A stretch of DNA of 64,000 bases from Nitrospinaceae bacterium (GCA_965237905.1 OZ250172.1:512001-576000), one strand, 5' to 3'. Positions 20,352-34,286 are shown, numbered from the stretch's first letter. Translations and numbers: made by a program. The notes: generated from the letters alone by a model not told the origin.

Positions 20352-21209
20352 ATGAAAAATGTTGGCAGGAAGAAAACTCATAAGCGGCATTTTTATAAGT
20401 CATCGTTGGTTTTTCATGCGTTTACTTTTGGGGTATTCCTTGTCATTTTATTGGCCTCTTTGGTTAGCTTTGCTCATGAAAATTCCCAGTCCCGTCAGGA
20501 CCCTGCTCATAAAACGGCCAGTGATGAACAAAACCGATTGCACTGGGGTTATTTGGGAATCGAGGGGCCTGAACACTGGGGATTGCTCACTAAAAAATAC
20601 GCGACATGCGAAACCGGAAGCAAGCAATCGCCGATTGACATACCCACGAAAGGACTGAGTCATCGCCAGGAGACCCTGGATTTTCATTACAACACATCTG
20701 AACTTCATGAAATGAATAATGGGCATACGGTTCAGGTGTCTCACAAATCAGGATGCCATGTTGACATCAACAAGCGCGCTTATAATTTACGACAGTTTCA
20801 TTTTCATGAACCCAGTGAACACCATATCGATGGCAAAGCCTTTCCTATGGAAATGCATCTGGTCCATCAAGATGAAGCCGGACATATTCTCGTCATCGCA
20901 GTGATGATGGAAGTAGGTCCGGAACACCCTGTCATAAAAAACCTTTGGGATTGGCTCCCCGATCAAATCGGCAAGGAAACTTCAATTCCCTTGAGGGCCA
21001 GCCTCCGAGACGTGCTTCCTGAAAACACTCAACACTATACCTACTCTGGATCACTGACCACCCCACCCTGCTCTGAGGGAGTTCTGTGGCTGGTATTAAT
21101 AGAACCCATTAAAATATCTGAGCAGAGCTTGAGAAAATTTTCGGCGATTATCGGAAAGAATGCTCGCCCGGTGCAACCTCTGGGCAATAGACGCATAGAG
21201 AAAAATTAA
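20352..21209 (+). CDS. alpha-class carbonic anhydrase, exported
   Basis: QSPIDI, NNGHT, QFHFH, SEH, EMHLVH, GSLTTPPCSEGV. Confidence 0.95.
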   Translation: MKNVGRKKTHKRHFYKSSLVFHAFTFGVFLVILLASLVSFAHENSQSRQDPAHKTASDEQNRLHWGYLGIEGPEHWGLLTKKYATCETGSKQSPIDIPTKGLSHRQETLDFHYNTSELHEMNNGHTVQVSHKSGCHVDINKRAYNLRQFHFHEPSEHHIDGKAFPMEMHLVHQDEAGHILVIAVMMEVGPEHPVIKNLWDWLPDQIGKETSIPLRASLRDVLPENTQHYTYSGSLTTPPCSEGVLWLVLIEPIKISEQSLRKFSAIIGKNARPVQPLGNRRIEKN

Positions 21210-21231
21210 ACCAGGGTGATTGCGAGGCCGC

Positions 21232-21945
21232 CTAGGATCGGCCTAAAATGCGGTCCAGGATGGGTTTCTTTCGGATCAGAAATCCATGCGGGGCAAACGT
21301 GAACCCGAACTTGTTCTCGCGCTTGGTGTCGTGGGTGTAGTCGTCGGGAAATTCCTTTTCATATTCCAGAATCGCTTCCATCGGCCCTTCCCCGAAATCC
21401 GGGTCCACCGGGTGCCCGTTGATGTTGCTGTCCTCCACCACCACGTAATCGCCGTGCTCCAGGACGGTGCGGAGCAGTTTCATTTCGGCCAGGACGTGGT
21501 CCTTGCGATGGTCGCTGTCGACAATGACAAACACCGGCCCCGGAAACTGTTTGCGCAACTCACGGATTCTGTCCGCCACCTGGGGCTCGGCACTGGAGGA
21601 GGTGAATATTTCGACGTGAGGATTGTTGCGGACATGTTCGTTGTATTTTTTAGGACTCATATTGTCCACGGTCAGGACTTTGGAGTTCGGATTGATCCGC
21701 TTCAAAATTTCTGAAAAAAACAATGTCGCTCCGCCCTTGTACGCTCCGAATTCGATGATGAGAGACGGTTTCAGTTCGCAAATGATTTCCTGATAATTCC
21801 ACATATCGGAAACCGACTTCAGACAGCGGACTCCCATGAATGTGGTCGTTTCCCAAACCTTGGTGTTGAAATACCAGATGTGATATTGTTCCGGAGCTTT
21901 CGGGTCAAAAGGCTTTTCCGTTTGCGCCACCGTTTCCTCCCTCAA
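21232..21945 (-). CDS. CmcI-family (cephalosporin hydroxylase-like) O-methyltransferase
   Basis: DMWNYQE, IIEFG..GG, DSDH, GDYVVVED. Confidence 0.88.
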   Translation of the reverse strand: MREETVAQTEKPFDPKAPEQYHIWYFNTKVWETTTFMGVRCLKSVSDMWNYQEIICELKPSLIIEFGAYKGGATLFFSEILKRINPNSKVLTVDNMSPKKYNEHVRNNPHVEIFTSSSAEPQVADRIRELRKQFPGPVFVIVDSDHRKDHVLAEMKLLRTVLEHGDYVVVEDSNINGHPVDPDFGEGPMEAILEYEKEFPDDYTHDTKRENKFGFTFAPHGFLIRKKPILDRILGRS

Positions 21946-22089
21946 AAAAAATGATCCGCCGCCAGCGGATGGATTGGATTCAAGCCCCTGATATGGATGG
22001 ACTCAAAGGTGAAAAATTATACCACTCCCGCCCGGATTCACAAAACATCGTTTAGCCAGTATTGGCCTGTTGGGTCCAGCGGCCTCCAA

Positions 22090-24132
<2,043 letters not shown>

Positions 24133-25524
24133 TTACGGTTCTAATGTAACATAATAAGAGTTTCTTCCGCGCTGGACGAGGAGCAGGACGGAACTGAGTT
24201 TGCCCGCTTCAAGGATGGCCGTGTTGAACTCGCCCAGGTTCCGTATCTTGCTTTCGTTCATCTGGCGGATAACATCGCCGGGCTGGATGCCAACCGCTCT
24301 GCTGGGACCGTTCGACCGGACTTTCGCCACCACCACGCCATTACGCGCCATTATATTGTGCCGCTTGGCGCGTTTCCAGTTAATATCCCTGACCGAAATG
24401 CCGAGCCACTGTTTTGCCATTTCCCCGGCGGCATCTTTGGAAATGGGAGAAATATGCACACGGGCCTTGCGCCGCTGGCCGTTGCGCAAATACTTCAGCC
24501 GAAAATGGTCGTCCACGGTATACGAAGCGATCTGGCGGAAGTAATCCGACTTGTCGGCGATTTCGTGACCGTCGATGCGTAGCAGGATATCTCCAGGCTG
24601 GAGGCCGGCACGTTTCGCAGAACTTCTGTGGAAGACGTTGGTCACCAGCACGCCGTGAACGTGATCCAGACCGAAATGGCGCGCTGCCTTGGGAGTCAAA
24701 TCCTGCACTGAAACGCCGAGCCAGCCGCGCCGCACCTTTCCGTACTGGAGTAGATTGTCGACGATGCGCCGTGCTTTGTCGATGGGGATGGCAAAACCGA
24801 TACCCTGAGCATCTTTAAAGATGGCGGTGTTGATGCCGATCAATGAACCGTTGATGTTGGGCAGTGGGCCGCCGCTGTTGCCGGGGTTGATCGATGCGTC
24901 GACCTGAATGAAATCGTTGAACACCTGTTTTTCGCTGGCGCGGATGGTGCGGTTCACCGCGCTGATGATACCGGTGGTCACCGTGTGTTTGAGGCCAAAG
25001 GGATTGCCGATGGCGACGATGGTTTCACCGATCATTAGATCATTAGAGCGGCCCATTTCCACGTAGGGCAATGGACGGTTCGGATTGATTTTGATGACGG
25101 CAAGATCGGATTTGATATCAGCACCCACCACCTTCCCCTCAAATTCCCGGTTGTCGATCAGAGTGACCTTGACGCGCACTGCCCTGGCCACAACGTGTTC
25201 GTTGGTCAGGATGTATCCTTTGGGATCGATGATGACGCCGGAACCGAGACTGCGTCGGTTGGGCTCATTTTGCTGGTAGAAATCCTCAAAATATTTTTCG
25301 AACAGCTGGTCGCCCATGAAACCCCGGAACGGGTTTTTTGCCTGGCGTGGAGCTTCTTCGGTAAAAATATTGACAACGGCAGGCCCCACTTGTTCCACAG
25401 CGGTAACAATGGGGGTTCTTCGATTACCTGTATCGTAGGCGAGCGCTGGAGCGGCAATCAGACCCCACAGGATCACTCCAAAAAACAGAATACGATTCCA
25501 GAAAGCACGTCGAGAGGTTTGCAT
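24133..25524 (-). CDS. HtrA/DegQ family serine protease with 2 PDZ domains
   Basis: LGSGVII, TNEHV, DLAV, GNSGGP. Confidence 0.93.
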   Translation of the reverse strand: MQTSRRAFWNRILFFGVILWGLIAAPALAYDTGNRRTPIVTAVEQVGPAVVNIFTEEAPRQAKNPFRGFMGDQLFEKYFEDFYQQNEPNRRSLGSGVIIDPKGYILTNEHVVARAVRVKVTLIDNREFEGKVVGADIKSDLAVIKINPNRPLPYVEMGRSNDLMIGETIVAIGNPFGLKHTVTTGIISAVNRTIRASEKQVFNDFIQVDASINPGNSGGPLPNINGSLIGINTAIFKDAQGIGFAIPIDKARRIVDNLLQYGKVRRGWLGVSVQDLTPKAARHFGLDHVHGVLVTNVFHRSSAKRAGLQPGDILLRIDGHEIADKSDYFRQIASYTVDDHFRLKYLRNGQRRKARVHISPISKDAAGEMAKQWLGISVRDINWKRAKRHNIMARNGVVVAKVRSNGPSRAVGIQPGDVIRQMNESKIRNLGEFNTAILEAGKLSSVLLLVQRGRNSYYVTLEP

Positions 25525-25631
25525 ACCATCCCTTTTAAAAAAGTAGCCGTGGGTCCCAAGAACCCACAGCCTAATTTAATCAGGATACCGGCGGCTGGCC
25601 CAAAGTTTCAAACATGGGAACAGGCTCGGCA

Positions 25632-27107
<1,476 letters not shown>

Positions 27108-27305
27108 GGATCATCCTCAGTAAATGGAAAATGATGAAATCATCATCCGGCTAATTTGGAGCATCCCGGAATCGGACATTCATCCAAGTGGATATTTGGT
27201 GGTGGGTCATTCCAAACATTGATTATTAAGTACATTATATAATGGCCCTTTCTTTATTTACAACCCCCTTTCTTGGAGCTCGACAAGACTGCTCTGAATT
27301 GCCTG

Positions 27306-27334
27306 TTGACTCCCCTAACCGCTTCAAAGATAAT
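27306..27334 (+). promoter_or_regulatory. candidate sigma70 promoter
   Basis: TTGACT-17 nt-GATAAT. Confidence 0.5.
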
Positions 27335-27376
27335 CGCGTTCGGTCGGTCGCCTTATTTCAGGGAGGAAAGTCAGAT

Positions 27377-27577
27377 ATGAACTTAATTTTGGTTGCGTTA
27401 GGGCTGATGATGGTCTTCGAAGGGATTCCTCTTTTCTGTTTCCCCGACCATTTAAGAGAACTGGCCCGGAAATTACCGGAACTCGAAAACACGACGTTGA
27501 GATACATCGGGTTGGTGCTGATGTTGCTCGGCTTGGCAGTGGTTTATATGGGCAAGGGCGCGATCAACACTCCTTAA
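27377..27577 (+). CDS. DUF2065 family small membrane protein
   Basis: ALGLMMVFEGI..FP..LRYIGL; RBS GGAGG. Confidence 0.85.
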   Translation: MNLILVALGLMMVFEGIPLFCFPDHLRELARKLPELENTTLRYIGLVLMLLGLAVVYMGKGAINTP

Positions 27578-27741
27578 TACCCTGAGGCATGGGGGACGAC
27601 CCTCCTGGCCAACCCTGGCTTTCCGGCAGAAAAAGGAATATACAAACTTAACTCCTTATATAGTCAAGGCAAGACTTGCCCCTTTTTCTTTTTATGGAAC
27701 TGAGGAAATCGACTTTGCATCGGTCGCAGGAGTAGAAAACT

Positions 27742-28113
27742 ATGCCATTAAATGCAGCGGAAATCGCATTTCTGGTCGTAATGGGGTTGATTATCGTTCT
27801 CTGGATAATATTCGCCATGATTCTAGTCATGCATTTCTTAATGCCAACGACCGTATTGGAAAAGTATTTTAAACCGCCTTATTTTAAAGAAATTGAATGC
27901 AAACTGTTTAACGGGTTTCCTTACGCCCCTACCAGAACCATAATGTTCATGACTGTGTTCGCATTCCCAGATAGAGGAAAAAAACGAACGTTAACTGAAG
28001 CCTATCTGTTAGCACCGCCATGGTACAGAACGGCATCTAAAATTATATTAACTTCACTGGTATCAATAATGATTGCGATACTAACGCTATTACTTGGCCT
28101 TTATTTCTATTAA
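27742..28113 (+). CDS. hypothetical membrane protein
   Basis: RBS AGGAG; two TM helices; AT-rich. Confidence 0.65.
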   Translation: MPLNAAEIAFLVVMGLIIVLWIIFAMILVMHFLMPTTVLEKYFKPPYFKEIECKLFNGFPYAPTRTIMFMTVFAFPDRGKKRTLTEAYLLAPPWYRTASKIILTSLVSIMIAILTLLLGLYFY

Positions 28114-28191
28114 TGAATTATTTGCAAATTGATTTGTTATAGAGTGGATTGTCATTAACGGACTAATCCATTCTCGAAAAAGGGGGAGTCA

Positions 28192-28219
28192 TTATCGCCC
28201 TTTCCTTATCGCCCTTTCC
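28192..28219. repeat. 14-bp perfect tandem duplication
   Basis: ttatcgccctttcc x2. Confidence 0.75.
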
Positions 28220-28375
28220 TTCGACAAGCGGGAATGTAGTGCAGGTGTAGAAATTTCGGAGGCGTGGTATCATGTCGCGGATCAGTATCTCAACGGTTGA
28301 AAGTAAAAATGCATCCAAACAGTATTTCCGGTTAAGCACCTTATGTCGTCAAGGAGAGACTTGACCCAATCCCCC

Positions 28376-29119
28376 ATGGCTGAACACGATTCTCCCTCAC
28401 GGCAATATATCTTTCAGTTTCCCGCTCACCCTGAATACCGATTTTCCAACTTCATCGTGTCCAAAGGGTCGCGCTTCGCTTTGGCCTGCGCGCGGGAACT
28501 GTGCTCCGGCGATCCGGTGACGTATCAAGCCCTCTACCTGTCCGGTGCCAGCGGACTTGGGAAAACCCATTTACTGATGTCCATCGGCAACCATCTCGCA
28601 GAAACCGGCACAATGGCCCTGTATGTGCATTGCCAGGACTTGATCGAATCGTTGAACCGGGGAGACAGCGGGTTGCCCGGCAATCTGGGGACCCCCGGTT
28701 CGGAAATCGATTTTTTGTTACTGGATGATATCGACCGAATCACCGATCATCCCACCGCGCAGGAAACCCTGTACCGGGTCTACAACCAAACTCTTGAGCA
28801 GGGAGGAAAAATGGTGTTTGCCGGACGCACCCCGGCGGACCAACTGGAAAAGACCGAAAGTTTTCTCACCTCGCGCTTCAAATGGGGGATGACGGCGGAA
28901 CTTCTGCCCATGGATGACGAGGCCACCGCCCAATTGATTCAAAAACTGGCAGAGGATCTGGGTCTGGACATCCCGGATAAAATCATCACCTGGCTCTTGA
29001 GCCGGATTCCCAGGGATTTCCAGTCCGTCAAAAGCGCGGTGACTCGTATCAATGAAGAATCGCTCAGGCAAAAACACAAGGTCACTCTGCCTCTCGTCAA
29101 AACCGCACTGGGTCTTTAA
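28376..29119 (+). CDS. DnaA/Hda-family AAA+ protein (Hda-like)
   Basis: FSNFIV, GASGLGKTHLL, LLDDID, SRFKWG; lacks DnaA domains I and IV; start uncertain (28343/28376). Confidence 0.8.
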   Translation: MAEHDSPSRQYIFQFPAHPEYRFSNFIVSKGSRFALACARELCSGDPVTYQALYLSGASGLGKTHLLMSIGNHLAETGTMALYVHCQDLIESLNRGDSGLPGNLGTPGSEIDFLLLDDIDRITDHPTAQETLYRVYNQTLEQGGKMVFAGRTPADQLEKTESFLTSRFKWGMTAELLPMDDEATAQLIQKLAEDLGLDIPDKIITWLLSRIPRDFQSVKSAVTRINEESLRQKHKVTLPLVKTALGL

Positions 29120-29125
29120 ACAGTT

Positions 29126-30757
29126 ATGGATTCCCATTCTCCGGAAAACATCGCACACACTCTGGAGCAACTGGCACGGGAGCGGGCCGGGGCCGATGCC
29201 ATCATCGTTCCCCGCAGTGGATCGATTGCCAAAATTACCTTTCAGCAACTCAATCAGGACGCTAACCGGCTGGCCGATGGTTTGCGCGGCACCGGCATGG
29301 CGAAGGGCGACCGGATATTGATGATGGTGCCTCCGGGCATCGATTTCATCGCCCTCACGTTTGCCCTGTTCAAACTGGGAGCGGTTCCCGTGTTGATCGA
29401 TCCCGGCCTGGGCCGCCGCAATGTTTTGAATTGCATTGCCAACGCCCAACCCCGGGGCATGATCGCCGTGCCTCTGGCCCATGTAGCGCGCAAGATATTT
29501 CCCAAAGCGTTTAAAGGTATCGAATTGAACGTGACGGTGGGGCGGCGATGGTTCTGGGGCGGCACGACGTTGAAAACGATTCGTAGACACGGCGATACCA
29601 ATTTCCAATCCGCACAGGTGGCGCCGGACGCCGCCGCCGCCATTCTGTTTACCAGCGGCAGTACCGGTCCTTCCAAGGGTGTGCTGTACAGCCACCGCAT
29701 GTTCTACCAACAAGTAGAGTTACTGCGCCGACTGTTTCACATTGAACAAGGGGAAATGGACCTGCCCACCTTCCCGCTGTTCGTCCTGTTCGGCGTGGCG
29801 CTGGGCATGACCTGCGTGATTCCGGACATGGACCCGACCCGTCCCGCCGGGGTGGACCCGGAAAAAATAATCGAACACATCAAGGAGCACAACATTACCA
29901 ATAGTTTCGGGTCGCCGGCGTTATGGAACACCGTTTCGCGGTACTGCCTGGATCAAAAAGTTCAGCTCCCGACGCTTAAGCGAATATTGATGGCGGGTGC
30001 GCCGGTGACGGGCAGTCTGCTGGAACGATTCGACCGCATCCTGTCCAAAGACGCGCTGATCCATACCCCGTACGGCGCGACGGAAGCGTTGCCGGTCGCC
30101 GCCCTCTCCCACCGCGAAATCCTCAACGAAACCTGGCAACAAACGCGAGAAGGCAAAGGAACGTGCGTCGGGCGGGCGGTGGACGGATTGACACTCAAAA
30201 TAATAAAAATCACCGACGACGCGATTGACGAATGGGACGATTCACTGGCAGTCCCCAATGGCACCATCGGCGAGGTGGTGGTGCAAAGTCCTTGGGTGAC
30301 GCGCCAGTATTTCAATCTGGAAAACGCCACGCGCCTGGCCAAGATTCGCGACGGAGAAAATTTCTGGCACCGCATGGGGGATGTCGGTTATCTGGACGAT
30401 GAAAATCGTTTATGGTTTTGCGGACGGAAGAGTCACCGCGTCCAAACCGCGGCAGGCACCCTGTTCACGATTCCCTGCGAGGCGATTTTCAACACGCACG
30501 AAAAAGTGAAACGGTCCGCCCTGGTGGGAGTTGGTTCGAAAGAAAACCAGACCCCGGTCATCGTGATTGAAGCGGAGGGAGCGGTCGATCAGAAGGCTCT
30601 CACTGAAGAATTATTACAACTCGGCGCGTCGCACGCCATCACCCAACCGATCCGACAGGTGTTGTATCACTCGGCATTTCCTGTAGACATCCGCCACAAT
30701 GCCAAAATCGGCCGCGAACAACTCACCCGTTGGGCGGAAACCCTGCCCTCTCCCTGA
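29126..30757 (+). CDS. OleC-like AMP-forming ligase (olefin beta-lactone synthetase family)
   Basis: FTSGSTGPSKG, DLPTFPLF, DMDPTRP, TPYGATE, WHRMGD, DIRHNAKI. Confidence 0.8.
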   Translation: MDSHSPENIAHTLEQLARERAGADAIIVPRSGSIAKITFQQLNQDANRLADGLRGTGMAKGDRILMMVPPGIDFIALTFALFKLGAVPVLIDPGLGRRNVLNCIANAQPRGMIAVPLAHVARKIFPKAFKGIELNVTVGRRWFWGGTTLKTIRRHGDTNFQSAQVAPDAAAAILFTSGSTGPSKGVLYSHRMFYQQVELLRRLFHIEQGEMDLPTFPLFVLFGVALGMTCVIPDMDPTRPAGVDPEKIIEHIKEHNITNSFGSPALWNTVSRYCLDQKVQLPTLKRILMAGAPVTGSLLERFDRILSKDALIHTPYGATEALPVAALSHREILNETWQQTREGKGTCVGRAVDGLTLKIIKITDDAIDEWDDSLAVPNGTIGEVVVQSPWVTRQYFNLENATRLAKIRDGENFWHRMGDVGYLDDENRLWFCGRKSHRVQTAAGTLFTIPCEAIFNTHEKVKRSALVGVGSKENQTPVIVIEAEGAVDQKALTEELLQLGASHAITQPIRQVLYHSAFPVDIRHNAKIGREQLTRWAETLPSP

Positions 30758-30804
30758 TCAGCTCCTACTCCAACTATGGAATGCGCTCGAATCAATTGAA
30801 AGCT

Positions 30805-31989
30805 TTATTCCTTTTCAATATTTTGCAATATCTTCGAAATGGCCAATAACGCCGGGTGGTCCTTCTCAACAACTTGCTTAAAATAGCCTTGAGCGATTCT
30901 AAAGGCTTCAATAGCATTTGGTTTGTCTTTTTTTACATAAAAATAAAATCTTCCTTTTTGAAAGAATAAATTGCCCAAAGCCATGGGGCTTTTTGCGTGA
31001 ACTCTCGTATTTCTTTTCAAGTACTCCAAAAACTCTTTTTCATAACCAAACTTTGTATAAGAACCAAGCGCGTCTTCGGAAAGACGTGAATTCTTTGGAT
31101 CAAGATTAAGCAGTTCATCCGCCTTTTCATCGGCCAGCTTAACTTCCCCCATCTCCAAATACATTGCCAACAAACGGTTTAGAATATGATAGTGGTTTTT
31201 ATGCTTATATTTGTTTGCCAACACTGCATACTCGAGCGCTCTCGTTTTATTTTTCGCATCCAAATTCATATAAGCCGCCATCAAAGCCGCTTCAGATTTT
31301 AGCTTTTTATCATGATAAAGGTGATACGCCTTTTCCGCATGCGAAACGGCTTTTTTGGGCTTACCGAGGGCATTGTAGGTATAAGCCAGATTGTATTGGG
31401 TGCTTCCATGATTTGGATTTTGAGAGTGCCCCCGCGATAAATAAGTCAACGCATTCGCAAACTTTTGCCGTCGCAAATGGATCACGCCCATGTTGTGGTT
31501 AGCCATATAGCCGAGCGAAACCAACTTTTCAGCCCTTCCATAGTAGCTTTCCGCCTGGCTGATTTTATTTTGTTCCAACTGGCATGTCCCGGAATAATAG
31601 AAGTCGCCTATCGCCTCTAAAATTTCTCCCGAATTCGGATCCTTTGCTTCCAACTTCAAAAGCTCTTTTTCAATGTCAAACGAAAACATCTCATACTTGC
31701 CCTTGCTCCCTCGCACATCTTCAATAGACTCGGATGGAGACAAATCCTTAAATGCGAAAACTTTTCGACCAATACAGAAGGCATAATAATGAGTAGCCAG
31801 ATGAGCCATCTTGGCCACGACCTTTGGATTATTAAATCCCGGGTCGTAAGACTTCAATTGAGTAAATGCGGAGAAATACTTCTTCTTACCGATCAAACCT
31901 TCTATCTTGGCAAGGTCCGGTCCTTTTGCCCAAACGTTTTGACAACCAAACCCCAACATCAAAACAAAAATAAACAGCTTCATTTTCAT
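30805..31989 (-). CDS. exported TPR-repeat protein
   Basis: signal peptide; TPR-like helices (NMGVIHL, YNLAYTY); AT-rich. Confidence 0.75.
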   Translation of the reverse strand: MKMKLFIFVLMLGFGCQNVWAKGPDLAKIEGLIGKKKYFSAFTQLKSYDPGFNNPKVVAKMAHLATHYYAFCIGRKVFAFKDLSPSESIEDVRGSKGKYEMFSFDIEKELLKLEAKDPNSGEILEAIGDFYYSGTCQLEQNKISQAESYYGRAEKLVSLGYMANHNMGVIHLRRQKFANALTYLSRGHSQNPNHGSTQYNLAYTYNALGKPKKAVSHAEKAYHLYHDKKLKSEAALMAAYMNLDAKNKTRALEYAVLANKYKHKNHYHILNRLLAMYLEMGEVKLADEKADELLNLDPKNSRLSEDALGSYTKFGYEKEFLEYLKRNTRVHAKSPMALGNLFFQKGRFYFYVKKDKPNAIEAFRIAQGYFKQVVEKDHPALLAISKILQNIEKE

Positions 31990-32226
31990 TTTCGTATCCC
32001 TAATTTTGTAAAAACAAAAGAGATCAAGTCTCTTGTTGTCTAAATAAGGCTTTTGAGTTCAGCGATTTTTCATTTCTTACCAAAAATTCGCTTAGGATCT
32101 GAAGGTAAACTCTGCCCATTGGCCTTGTACCTTTTAATCAGGTTAAGGCCCGAAGGCGGGACAGACAACCAATTTCTGCCGTCCATTGGGGCTGTATTTT
32201 TACAGCTCTACAGGGAGGGATCCGAA

Positions 32227-33321
32227 TTAGCGGACTTCCTTGAGGTGGGTCATGACCTGGTCCAAGACGGCCTGGCTGAACAACTTACCGTTCATTTTTT
32301 TTTGGACTTCTCCCCCCACGGCGTAAAATTTTTCGAGTTCACTGCCGTTGGGTAGGGGCGTTATCTGCAACCCGTTCTGTTTCATGACGGTGATGGCCTT
32401 GTCATTATCTTCCTGGATTTTCTGCACCAGTTTCTTCAGATAACGTTGACTGATATCCCGGACGGCTTTTTTATGTTTGTCCGGCAAACGGTCGAACACG
32501 CGCTTGGTCATCAACACACCGCCGGTCGCGTTGGCCATGCGCAGTTCGGACATGTATTTCACCTTGGTGAACCATTGCAAAGCCAAAGCGCCCATGGCTG
32601 AGGCGTAGACCGTGTCGACCATCCCCGTCTGCAGGGACAGCAGGACATCGGTAACCGAAAGCGGATGCGGACTGACCCCGAGTCCACTGTAGGTCGCCTG
32701 CACCAGGGGATCGCCTTCCCACATCCAGGCTTTTTGAGGGCGCAGGCTGGCGACGGAGGTTACCGGTTCGGCGGAGAAAAAATGAATCCATCCCACCGGC
32801 ACCCAGCCGAGGAGGATGTACCCTTTCTCCTCGAAGCGGGCTGTGAAATGATCGTTCATTTTTTCATAGATGTGTGCGATCTCCTTGTCATTGCGAAAGA
32901 GAAACGGCAAATCCAGCACCCGGACTTCCGGCAGAATCTCCCCGAGGCCGACGCCGGTGAACCCTGCCGCATGCACCTGCCCGATGCGCATTTTACGGAT
33001 CACGTCGATCTCGTCTCCCGACACTCCGCCGGGATAAAATTTAAATCCTACTTCGCCGCCGGTCACGCTTTCCAATTCCTTTTCCAACACGCGCATCACC
33101 TTCATCCAGGAAGAACCCTCCGGAGCCAGGGTGGAAAACTTGATGCGGGTTTTCTTGGCGGCCAGCGCTTCCTCGGCCGGTCCGAAAATCAGGACCAGCG
33201 CCAACAACAGGGATGCCAGAATGCCGCACACAATGCACCCCAGGGTGGCGGGTCGAAGTATTCTTTTTTTAATTTCCGGCAAACTGAAACGAGAAGTTTG
33301 ATTGCGTTTAAAATAAATCAT
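32227..33321 (-). CDS. TRAP solute-binding protein DctP (TPAT P component)
   Basis: STLAPEGSSW, YPGGVSGDE, LQTGMVD; start uncertain. Confidence 0.88.
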   Translation of the reverse strand: MIYFKRNQTSRFSLPEIKKRILRPATLGCIVCGILASLLLALVLIFGPAEEALAAKKTRIKFSTLAPEGSSWMKVMRVLEKELESVTGGEVGFKFYPGGVSGDEIDVIRKMRIGQVHAAGFTGVGLGEILPEVRVLDLPFLFRNDKEIAHIYEKMNDHFTARFEEKGYILLGWVPVGWIHFFSAEPVTSVASLRPQKAWMWEGDPLVQATYSGLGVSPHPLSVTDVLLSLQTGMVDTVYASAMGALALQWFTKVKYMSELRMANATGGVLMTKRVFDRLPDKHKKAVRDISQRYLKKLVQKIQEDNDKAITVMKQNGLQITPLPNGSELEKFYAVGGEVQKKMNGKLFSQAVLDQVMTHLKEVR

Positions 33322-34165
33322 CCGCTGACTCCAGTAGTTTTTGGGCCTTTTGCTTCGCCACGGCATTGGCCAGTTGCTGTTCGGGCAGAATATCCGCCGG
33401 GGCGTCGAGGACGGCGCTTAAAAGTTTTTTGAACAACGCGCGGTCTTGCATCTGAACCGCGTAGGTTTTGGCATAAATCACCTTTGCCATCAAAAATTGT
33501 TGCTGGGTGAGTTCGAGGCATTTTTCAAAATGGCTACGGGCCTTGTCCGGTTTTCCGCCCAGCAGTTTGGAACGGCCACCGTAAAACGCGCCCAACAAAA
33601 GGTGTGGTCCGGCATAGTAATAAGACTCGTCCAATGCCAATGCTCTTTGTAAAATGGCTTCTACCTTGGAGATGGCGACAAAGGCTTGGAGATCATCCAG
33701 ATTGAGCATCAGCCAGCCCGCCCAGCACTGCCCCATCCAGTACAACCCATGCAAGTGATCCGCATCCAAAGTCTGCAACGCGCTTTTGAATTGTCCGGGG
33801 TTCAGTGCGGTCAGGTTCTCCGGCGCCCCGTCGGTCACCAGCAATTGTTCGGCATAACCGCGGCCTCTGAGATATAAGCGGGAGGCGCGTTCGGGATCGG
33901 TGTCCTCCACAAAACTGAAGGCATATCCGCAGAATCCTTCGGAGAGATTTTTTAATAAGGTTTCATTCTCCGGGTCCCCTCTCAGCATGCCTTCGAGCAT
34001 TTTCAAACTGGCCGGAATGGCCTGTTCCGCCAACACGGGATCGGTTTCTTCATTGATGGAGGCGACTTGGCCCTGCACCATGGGAGTGGCCAAACGAATG
34101 GAGAGGGTGGAACATCCCTGGAAGAGAATCAGAAGAATGAGGCCTGCCGGAAGTCGAGCATACAT
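33308..34165 (-). CDS. TatT-family TPR lipoprotein (TPAT T component)
   Basis: lipobox FQGC; YAFSF, GGKPDKA, adjacent to dctP. Confidence 0.85.
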   Translation of the reverse strand: MYARLPAGLILLILFQGCSTLSIRLATPMVQGQVASINEETDPVLAEQAIPASLKMLEGMLRGDPENETLLKNLSEGFCGYAFSFVEDTDPERASRLYLRGRGYAEQLLVTDGAPENLTALNPGQFKSALQTLDADHLHGLYWMGQCWAGWLMLNLDDLQAFVAISKVEAILQRALALDESYYYAGPHLLLGAFYGGRSKLLGGKPDKARSHFEKCLELTQQQFLMAKVIYAKTYAVQMQDRALFKKLLSAVLDAPADILPEQQLANAVAKQKAQKLLESADDLF

Positions 34166-34171
34166 AGGCCT

Positions 34172-34200
34172 ATCATAGCAAAACCCCGGTAGAGCAACAA
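34172..34200 (-). promoter_or_regulatory. candidate promoter directly ahead of the tatT ATG (possibly leaderless)
   Basis: TTGTTG-17 nt-TATGAT with TGn extension; 6 nt from -10 to ATG. Confidence 0.5.
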
Positions 34201-34213
34201 CTTATACCCCATT

Positions 34214-34242
34214 TTGACAAGCCACAGCCAAACTGCTATGAT
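34214..34242 (+). promoter_or_regulatory. sigma70 promoter
   Basis: TTGACA-17 nt-TATGAT with TGn extension. Confidence 0.7.
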
Positions 34243-34286
34243 TCCGCCTATCTATAGAAAAACATACCACTTGGGGAGATCGAGTC

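Noticed and set aside
28343..29119. dnaA / replication origin
   Set aside because: Too short, lacks DNA-binding domain IV; no DnaA-box cluster noticed
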